From an archaeon (lineage in GTDB: Archaea; Micrarchaeota; Micrarchaeia; Norongarragalinales; UBA97): 64,000 bases of DNA. The notes below the pieces were generated by a model. That model ran no database searches and had not been told where the DNA came from. It saw nothing but the letters and a program-made list of their open reading frames with translations. Shown piece by piece: positions 38,200-47,337 of the stretch (within the stretch, counting starts at the first letter, position 1; every line of letters begins with the position of its first letter). Both the position numbers and the translations under genes were made by a program. The stretch spans positions 96,001 to 160,000 of the forward strand of contig JAGVFW010000004.1 in NCBI GenBank assembly GCA_020057405.1. Direction: 5' to 3'.

Positions 38200-38619
38200 A
38201 TGTGCGTGGACTCTCTTGACCGGGCGATTGTTGCTAGGCTCAAGAGGGACGCGCGCACGCCTTTTCTTAAGATTGCGAAAGACACTGGCGTCAGCGAAGG
38301 CACCATTCGCAACCGCGTGGGCGATTTGCTGAAAACTGGCACTATTGCCAAATTCACAGTAGAAACTGGAGGAAACAATTATGTCTCTGCACTCGTCGGG
38401 ATAAAGGCAGATGCCAAGCGCAGGTCACCCGACACTGCAGGCGCAATAGCTAAAATCAACGGGATCGCTAGCATTTTCGAGGTAAGCGGCGATTTTGACA
38501 TGTTCGCAATAATCGAGGCGGAGAACTTGCCCCAGCTAAACGCGATAGTCGACAAAGCAAGGACAATGCAGGGAGTGCGCGAAACTCAGACGTTCATGGT
38601 AATGAACCGCATTCGGTAA
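38200..38619 (+). CDS. Lrp/AsnC transcriptional regulator (GTG 38206 may be the true start)
   Basis: D..D..I...L..DARTP...IA...GVSEGTIRNRV, EVSGDFD. Confidence 0.92.
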   Translation: MCVDSLDRAIVARLKRDARTPFLKIAKDTGVSEGTIRNRVGDLLKTGTIAKFTVETGGNNYVSALVGIKADAKRRSPDTAGAIAKINGIASIFEVSGDFDMFAIIEAENLPQLNAIVDKARTMQGVRETQTFMVMNRIR

Positions 38620-38651
38620 GCTTTTTATCTAGCATCGCCGGCAAACTACTT

Positions 38652-39077
38652 ATGCGGCCAACGCACTACGCAATCTACAAAGCCAGTTCGATTTCACTCG
38701 AAGGAGGCGAAAGAATTAGCGAAATCAGCCACTACGTTGTGCACGCGGGCATCAAGCACAATTTTGCCGAAGCCTATTCTCAGGCAATAATCAACGGCTA
38801 CCCGAGAGATTACGTTAAAATTGCGGCAGGACCACTGCCGAAAGAACTGGCTAATTCAATTACGCTGGAAAGAAGCGAAGAAAACCCGCACGAAGCTCCA
38901 ATAATGGCGTTCTATCAGCTCATCAAAGCCGGAAACAAAGCCAAAGTGGCGATCAAAGAAGTCATTGGATCGGCAGACGATGGATTAAGACAAAAGTTTT
39001 TCGAGTTTTTTGAAGATGCCATTAAGGCCGATCTCCGTAAACGCGGCCTCAAGCTCGAACAAGCTAGCGGAGAATGA
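38652..39077 (+). CDS. Hypothetical protein
   Basis: 141-aa ORF; TTTTAT TATA ~25 nt upstream (leaderless pattern). Confidence 0.65.
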   Translation: MRPTHYAIYKASSISLEGGERISEISHYVVHAGIKHNFAEAYSQAIINGYPRDYVKIAAGPLPKELANSITLERSEENPHEAPIMAFYQLIKAGNKAKVAIKEVIGSADDGLRQKFFEFFEDAIKADLRKRGLKLEQASGE

Positions 39078-39366
39078 AGAAAAACCGGTTCAAGTCGACC
39101 TTACCGTTAACGACGGCAATGCCCTCTTTCCTCAGGAGATTCCCTTTTGCAGCCTGACCGCTGGCGAACCCACCCACTTCCCCATTAGAGCGAATGACGC
39201 GATGGCACGGGCAGAACGGCATTCCGGGGCTCTTGTTGAGCGCGTTGCCAACTGCCCTTGCGGCACCAGGGTCGCCAATTGCTTTTGCAACTGCCCCGTA
39301 AGTGCTCACTTTTCCGCGCGGAATGCGCTTGGCTGCGGCAAACACGTTTTCTTGAAAAGAAGTCAA
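39064..39366 (-). CDS. ogt: O6-alkylguanine-DNA alkyltransferase (C-terminal domain only)
   Basis: IP.GKV.TYG, RAVG.AL, PCHRVI active site. Confidence 0.9.
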   Translation of the reverse strand: MTSFQENVFAAAKRIPRGKVSTYGAVAKAIGDPGAARAVGNALNKSPGMPFCPCHRVIRSNGEVGGFASGQAAKGNLLRKEGIAVVNGKVDLNRFFFILR

Positions 39367-39372
39367 AAGCTC

Positions 39373-39693
39373 TCACGCTGATTCTGGAATATACCAAACG
39401 TGATAATTTCCGCCATTGCTCCACTCGAACTTAACGCGAACATTCGCACCCATGTACTTGAAGTGCTTACCTGCAGGAAGAGAAATTTCAACTGCCGAAT
39501 TTGGCATAAACTCCCGTTCAGGAAAAACAACAATATGCTCCGGACGGACCGACGAGTCAATCATCTTAAGGCCAGTTAAGACCGCGTGGGCATGCTCGGC
39601 AAAGGCCTCTTGCTTTCTGTGAATTGGCAGTGAAAAACGTATTTCAGAAGACGAAAATCGTGCTGATGATAACGGATGCTTTGCCCAACTCAC
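39373..39693 (-). CDS. Hypothetical protein (106 aa)
   Basis: GTG 39693 with AGGTGA SD. Confidence 0.6.
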   Translation of the reverse strand: MSWAKHPLSSARFSSSEIRFSLPIHRKQEAFAEHAHAVLTGLKMIDSSVRPEHIVVFPEREFMPNSAVEISLPAGKHFKYMGANVRVKFEWSNGGNYHVWYIPESA

Positions 39694-40136
39694 TAAAATC
39701 ACCTTTCGTGAGAAATAGCGACGGCAACCACTTAAATTACTTTGCTCAAAGCTACTGCTAGCAAGCGAAGTCGTATGCGCTTTGTTGGCGAGAGCCGATT
39801 TGCTGGGTTTCAGCAGAGGCTGTGAAAGTGTAAGGAAGTTTTTAGTGTTGCTACCGAGCATTTGAGACTACTCCTTGTCTTTTTTTAATTGCGTTGCAAT
39901 TAGTGTGAAAAGACAAAGATTATGACCTTTAGTAGCGGTTGACTCACATCTCGCCTTGCGGCTTGATGCTTACATCTCCGCCCTATCAAACCCGTCTGCT
40001 ACGGGCGGTCTAAGCCGTCTCGTTTTGGGCACTGCTTCGTCCTTAGATGCTTTCAGGACTTATCAGTTAGCGCATGGCTACGCGGCTCGCGTTGACACGA
40101 CCGCTAGACCAGAGGCGCCGGTTCCCCGTTCCTCTC

Positions 40137-40275
40137 TTAAGCTGAAGACTCGGCATGGAAAAATTTGAAATGGACCTGCTCGCTTGTTGGACATTCTTTC
40201 ATTGCAACATATTGCCCAGGAAAGGCGTTGCTAAGATAGTCATCCAGCGAGTGGGTCCCTAAGCCAAGTTTCCAT
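40137..40275 (-). other. 23S intron, 139 nt, in the sarcin-ricin loop
   Basis: Splits AGUAC|GAGAGGAAC; BHB with helix AAGU/GCUU and bulges AC^A, AA^G. Confidence 0.9.
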
Positions 40276-40457
40276 GTACTTAGAGAACCTTACCCTCAGA
40301 CGGCCAAACACTTCTAGGAGATGCCACCGAACTGTCTCGCGACGTTCTGAACCCAACTAACGTGGGACTTTAACGGATGAACAACCCGACCCTTGGTGGC
40401 TCCTGCACCACCAGGATGTCCCGAGCCGATAGCGATGTATCAAACCGCGCCGTCGAT

Positions 40458-40585
40458 GAATTCCTCTGCGGAAAACATTCTCATGACGGGCGTTAACCTT
40501 TTCCTATTTTGCATTCCCTGCAAGCTAAAAGCTTGCGCTGGGAAAATCGAAGACCGAAAAAGTAACGCGTCGTTTTCCAGAGAGT
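40458..40585 (-). other. 23S intron, 128 nt, helix 89
   Basis: Splits GAGUUCAU|AUCGAC; BHB helix GUUC/GAAU, bulges AU^A, UC^A. Confidence 0.88.
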
Positions 40586-40755
40586 ATGAACTCTCGGGCG
40601 CGACGAACCTGTTACCCCCGGGGTAGCTTGTCTGTCAGAAGAAGGCCTCATTAAAAGGCACATTCTTGTTCGTTAAGCCCTGCTTTCGCACCTGCATCCC
40701 ATTTTGTTAAGGATACAGTCAGCCCAACATTTGTCTTTGACCCTCTACGACGCAT

Positions 40756-41127
40756 GTACAGCCCGCAATCCACACACAAAAACTAGCTAAGCGATAACTC
40801 GACAACCTGCACTTCCTGCCCGCGCGAGATTTCAACGTATTTCTTGACGTTGACCCGACGGGCCTTAGCAGTCTTTTCGAGCTCCTCAATGACGCCATAC
40901 GCATTGCGCAATTGGTCAGTCGGAACGACTAACGCGTTTCCGCGTATGTCCGAACTGACGTTCTTCTGCTTTAGAATCCGCTGGTACTTCTCGAGCAAAA
41001 AAGTCACGAGAGCCAGAGGTTGCAAAAGAGCGCGGATGCGCGATACAATGTCATCAAGGAAGCTTGCCATGCCAAAACCCGCACTGATTAGTGCGGGGTG
41101 GCTTTAAAATTGTGTGGAGTGCGCGGT
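40756..41127 (-). other. 23S intron, 372 nt, helix 84 loop, ORF-containing
   Basis: Splicing restores GGCGCG-UCAGAAA-UGCGUC; relaxed BHB UCAG/CUGU, bulges AA^A, AC^A. Confidence 0.85.
40783..41070 (-). CDS. Intron-encoded 95-aa protein of unknown function
   Basis: Complete ATG-TAG ORF filling the intron loop on the rRNA-sense strand; TTTTAAA ~33 nt upstream. Confidence 0.65.
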   Translation of the reverse strand: MASFLDDIVSRIRALLQPLALVTFLLEKYQRILKQKNVSSDIRGNALVVPTDQLRNAYGVIEELEKTAKARRVNVKKYVEISRGQEVQVVELSLS

Positions 41128-41520
41128 TTCTGACGCGCCTGAGTTGAGCTTTGGGCGCCTTTGTTTTTTTATCGAAGGCGTGCCGCCCCAGCCAAACCAC
41201 CCATCTGTAGCTGTCTTACGTCTTTTGGACGCAATAAGCAATGCAGTCATCAAATAGCAGTGTTACATCGTTGCCTATTCCGCCCCCGCGAGGACGGACA
41301 TAGCGGCTCCTGCTTACGCTACGAATTAACAACCGAATTACAACAACAGACTGTGGTTAAGCTCCACGGGGTCTTCGTTTCCCCCTAGAAGTCCTCGGCA
41401 TGTTCACCGAGTAGTAGGTTCGCCAGGTCTAAGACAGGGACAGCGGGACGCTCGTTACGCCATTCATGCAAGCCGCCAATTAAGCGGCGAGGTATTACGC
41501 TACCTTAAGAGTCTCAGAGT

Positions 41521-41563
41521 GTGGCCCTGAGACTTTGCTTGCTGATGTGCGGCAAAGTCCAGA
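41521..41563 (-). other. 23S intron, 43 nt, helix 69 loop
   Basis: Splicing restores GGGUCU-AACUCUG-AGACUC; BHB GGUC/GGCC, bulges UA^U, AC^A. Confidence 0.88.
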
Positions 41564-41702
41564 TAGACCCGCTCTTTAGCAGCCCTTTGCTCCCTTGAAA
41601 AGGAGTTTGAGGTACTGCCAGTGAGCAGGCGTCAACCTCCGTGCACAACGTTTCCGTCTTGCGGAGATTTGTGTTTTTGCTAAACAGTCGACGTCCCCAG
41701 TT

Positions 41703-41843
41703 TTGCAGCCAACGATGAGCAAATGATTTTGCGCTAGGACGCTATCAACCACATCACAGAATTGCCGGTAGGTACCGGCGTCAGAGGTTGTTCTCTTTTC
41801 CTCAACGCGCAAAAAGGTTCTTGTTTGAATGCCCATCGCGGGT
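41703..41843 (-). other. 23S intron, 141 nt, domain IV
   Basis: Splits GGUCGCAGUG|AACUGGGG; BHB GCAG/CUGC, bulges UG^A, AA^A. Confidence 0.88.
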
Positions 41844-41889
41844 CACTGCGACCTACGAGTCCCCACTTCAACTTGCGTCTAGTGGAGAA

Positions 41890-41921
<32 letters not shown>

Positions 41922-43847
41922 CCAATATGCCGAATTCCCTTGCCTTAGTTCACCTGCCACGCCTTAGTATTTTCTACCTGAGCACCTGTACTGGTTCTTG
42001 GTACGGACTCTCTACAGGATTGCAACACCGTTTTCAAGGGCCATTGGACTCAACCCACCTTGCGGTTTTCAGAACTTAAGCTCGTGCTCCTCTTAACGAG
42101 ACTTCCGAGCCCTGGTTTCTTTAAATGCCCTCTCGGGCACTGGGCCTATCCACTGGCGTCCGATGTTACCTTGTGTTACCACGCTCCGTAAAGAGGCAAG
42201 AGATTATTAACTCCTTTCCCTGATTTCGACCTACGCGATTACGCTTGGTCTTAGGACCGGCTTACTCTAGCTCGACTAGCGTTGGCTAGAAACCCTTGCT
42301 CTTTCGGCGTCCGGGATTCTCGCCCGGAATAGATGCTACTAGCACCAGGATCTTCATTACTACCCGCTCCACAAGACCTCACGGCCTTGCTTCTGGGCAA
42401 GCAGTACGCCCTCCTACTCAATCCCGCGGCTCTGCCGCGGTTGCTGCAGTATCGGTGATATACTTAGTCCCGGAAGTTTACGATGCCACAAACCTTGACG
42501 GGTCCGCTGTTACGCGTTGTTTAACGGATGGCAGCTTCTGTTCCTACCGCCCCGCTGTCTATGGAATATGACATCTTGATGAGTAACACTCAGTATATGC
42601 TTAGGGACCTTAACTGCAGTAGGGGTCGTTCCCCTCTCGCCGTCCGCGCTTAACTCGGACTGGCCAACTCCCAATGTCTACAGCAACCATGGCTTCGGAG
42701 TTGGACAAGAAAGTGAGGATTTTACTCCCCGTTCTTTCGAATCCGTCGCTCTACCCATGGTCCGCCTCGATCGGGGCTGTACTGCGGTACACTTCGGAGG
42801 GAACCCGCTATCGCCGGGCTCGTATGGACTTTCACCCCTACACGCAAATCACCCAAGAAGATATACTATCACTGGATGCGGGCTTCCACCGTCCGGGAGG
42901 ACGGTTTCACCCTGTTCGCGCGTAGTTCGTTCCGGCTTCGGGTCTGTAAAAAGTGACTAAACGCGAGTTACCACGTCTTCCCTGGGACCTTACGGCCTTG
43001 CGGAATTTCGCTTTCGCTATGCACAATGCTCGCCACTCCCTACAACTCCCTGGCTCTTGCTTCAAGAAGGATGACTGGACGCCGTTGCCTTGCGGCCCTT
43101 TATCGCCCAATCTTCTTGTGGCCAACCAGTTTCAGGCACTTTTAACTAGCCTTTCGGCTTGCTTTTCAACTTTCGCTCACGCTACTCAATACGCTATCGG
43201 TTTCAGATTATATTTAGGGTTACAAGTCAATGACTCGCATCTTCACACCACCTTCTCAAGCGATGCTACTCTGGAACTCGGCTCACCCAATGAACTACTG
43301 CCTACGCGGCTGTCACGCTTTATCGCGCCCTTTTCCAAGGGTCTTCGGCTAAGAACACTGGTGTTAAACGCCGGTCCGAACACCACATCCGAGCCTCTGT
43401 TACCAAAGGCCGTTCGGTTTGCCCTATTCCGCGTTCGATCGCTCTACTGACGGAATCTCAGTTGATTTATTTTCCTCCGCTTACTAAGATATTTCAATTC
43501 AGCGGGTCTTCGCTTCTTCCGAAGCAATTCGGGAATCCCGGGTTAAATGGCTGGATGCGCCTACCCCGGGCTTTTCGCAGCTTCCCACGCCCTTCGTCGC
43601 TATCTGAACCTAGTCATCCACTGGCTGGCTATAGCTAGTAGCCTCAAATGCTCTACTACAATCCGATATCTCGGATATAATGTGAACACTAAAAGGCTTC
43701 CTTACACCTACACAGCCTCATAAGCTGCCCGGTGCCTTGCGGCACACGAGCAAATCGGCACTTCGTTGCGAACACCGGCGGCCAGCCGGACTTACTCCGC
43801 AAGCGCATAACGCCCAAAACGGTTTTGACGCCGTCAACGGGCACGAA

Positions 43848-43956
43848 TGGACTCGGTGGGACTTTCCCCAACCTGCTCTTGCCAGAAGAGCCGGAGGCTT
43901 TGAACCCACGACCTCCTGCTTGCAAAGCAGGCGCGCTACCACTGCGCTACGAGCCC
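43848..43956 (-). tRNA. tRNA-Ala(TGC) in the ITS, with a 37-nt T-loop intron (43862-43898, position 59/60)
   Basis: GGGCTCG...CCTGC TT TGC AA GCAGG...GTGGG TTCAAA[intron]T CCCAC CGAGTCC A. Confidence 0.92.
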
Positions 43957-44071
43957 ACGCTAAACTAACACCGGCGCCCTCTTTCGAGAGCGCCTGAATG
44001 TTGACAGGTTCTAATTTGGTAGAGTGCTTTTGAAACTTCTACCCTCCAGCACTTAGGTCTTGCTGCCTATT

Positions 44072-45592
<1,521 letters not shown>

Positions 45593-45908
45593 TGGCGCGC
45601 CTCCGAAGAGGCGCGCGCTTGGTCGCAAGATCTAAGCACTATCTTACCTTAGAACCTGTCGTCGCAGCCCAAAGACATTCTAGCGCGTGGGAGCGCATGA
45701 AAGCTTACTTGAGTGCCCATGACTGCTATAGTGGAATAAAGTGGATTTTTCATGCCAGCAACAGACTCACGCGCGCCCATTCATTGCAGAAATAGGCTAA
45801 TAGACGCCGTATGAACCTGTAAAACTGCTGTCGAATCCGCCGGGACTACAGCAAAACGCGACACTTCAGTCTCACCCTGAAATGCCTACTGTATAACGCC
45901 TCCCGAGG

Positions 45909-45916
45909 TATTTAAA
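45909..45916 (-). promoter_or_regulatory. TATA box, probable rRNA operon promoter
   Basis: TTTAAATA ~320 nt upstream of 16S. Confidence 0.55.
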
Positions 45917-45984
45917 GGTGTCGATAATCAACGATTGAAACGGTTTTAAGAAAAAAGAGTGCCGGCAAAAGCCGGCTAAAGAAC

Positions 45985-46404
45985 TTACGCGCGAAGCTTG
46001 GGCACGGCGTTCGACGCCTTGGGCCTTAGGCTTGAGACCTTGGGCTTAATGCTCGACGGCACCGGTTTTTTGCCAAACGCGAAAAGCTTGGGCTTTGCCG
46101 AAGACACTTTGGGCGTTATGCTGGATGCCCTGGGCTTCACCGTCGAGGCGACGGGCTTGATTGCCGAAGGAACTGGCCTGCCAATCACGTAAGGCTTGGG
46201 CACGACGTTAGACGCCTTGGGCTTGACGCTTGAGGCAACGGGCTTGACGTTCGACGGCAGGGGCTTTTCCGCAAACGGCGTGGGAACATCCATGAAAGCC
46301 TTGGGCACCATCGAGGACGGCACGGGCTGCAGCGCACTTGCAAAGGCGGGAGTCAGGATGAAACCCAACAGCGCGAAGGCGAGCGCGAATTTACCAACAT
46401 TCAT
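45985..46404 (-). CDS. Secreted basic Pro/Lys/Ser-rich heptad-repeat protein
   Basis: AGGTGA SD; signal peptide; repeats like KPVASSV/KPKASNV; GCCGGC hairpin + T-tract downstream. Confidence 0.8.
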   Translation of the reverse strand: MNVGKFALAFALLGFILTPAFASALQPVPSSMVPKAFMDVPTPFAEKPLPSNVKPVASSVKPKASNVVPKPYVIGRPVPSAIKPVASTVKPRASSITPKVSSAKPKLFAFGKKPVPSSIKPKVSSLRPKASNAVPKLRA

Positions 46405-46522
46405 TTCAAATCACCTGATAGTGATTCTGGCGGGGCGGCTAGATATCCAAGCGCAAATTGTTAGGCCACAGGCTAATCCAAGAAAACAAGCTTAAGAACA
46501 AAAACGCGGATTTCGTCAGCAA

Positions 46523-46837
46523 CTAGTAGACGCCAAAACTTGCTAGCTCGCCCTCGACTTTCTCCATGTCCTCGAGGAGCTCGCGCAGGAGCTTTTTCGT
46601 GAGGATGCGGTTCTTGTTCTTCGTAGCGAGCTTGATGCGGATGTCGGCGACCTGCGAGCGCATACGCGTGCGGTCCTCAATCAGGCGCATCACGCGGTCC
46701 GACTGTCCTGCAGCAACGGCCTGCCTGCTCTCGCCGACGATGAATTTGCGGTAAAGCAGGTAGAGCAGCACGAAGACTAGGATGACGATGATTGCGTCGA
46801 GAACCAAGCTCAGCTCTGCGTTAACGGCCATTGCCAA
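46523..46837 (-). CDS. Small TM + coiled-coil protein
   Basis: One TM followed by a charged helical region. Confidence 0.7.
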   Translation of the reverse strand: MAMAVNAELSLVLDAIIVILVFVLLYLLYRKFIVGESRQAVAAGQSDRVMRLIEDRTRMRSQVADIRIKLATKNKNRILTKKLLRELLEDMEKVEGELASFGVY

Positions 46838-46904
46838 GGCATTACGCAGGTCGGGTTAAAAAGGTTAAAGAAGGGTTCTGCCGACAGTCTAGCAGGTGAT
46901 ACTT

Positions 46905-47300
46905 ATGTCAGATGAAAACGAAGAAGTTGATTTTCCCGAAGAGTCGCCAGGCCGGAGGAAAGGTAGTGGAAAGAGCGCTGCAGACCGGACAGCCGAGGCC
47001 TTGCTGACTAAGTTCATGCTAACGCTTACTAACAAGGGCGTCGTCCACCAGCCAATTAAGGACCAGCATCGCGTGTCCCTCGGCCCTTCAAACCGCACGC
47101 CCCTTACTAGCATCGCGAATGAAATGGAAATCGCCGTGCATAAGTCGGACCTAGGAGCGCAGCGGACGGCCTACCTTAGTGGATTGAAAGCGCTTGCGGT
47201 ACAACACGCGAAAAGCTCGACGCACAAGATTAAGATTACGCGCGGACATACCGGCCCAGGGCAATACCACGCGGACATCTCCCTCGTTAGGCGGAGATAG
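46905..47300 (+). CDS. Hypothetical protein
   Basis: AGGTGA SD before ATG 46905. Confidence 0.65.
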   Translation: MSDENEEVDFPEESPGRRKGSGKSAADRTAEALLTKFMLTLTNKGVVHQPIKDQHRVSLGPSNRTPLTSIANEMEIAVHKSDLGAQRTAYLSGLKALAVQHAKSSTHKIKITRGHTGPGQYHADISLVRRR

Positions 47301-47337
47301 GCGCCGGGTATTTTGCAATCATACCGTTGGGTGCAAG

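Noticed and set aside
39694-39861. Longer start for ORF 39373-39861
   Set aside because: The ATG lies in the 23S 3' processing stem; GTG 39693 has an AGGTGA SD
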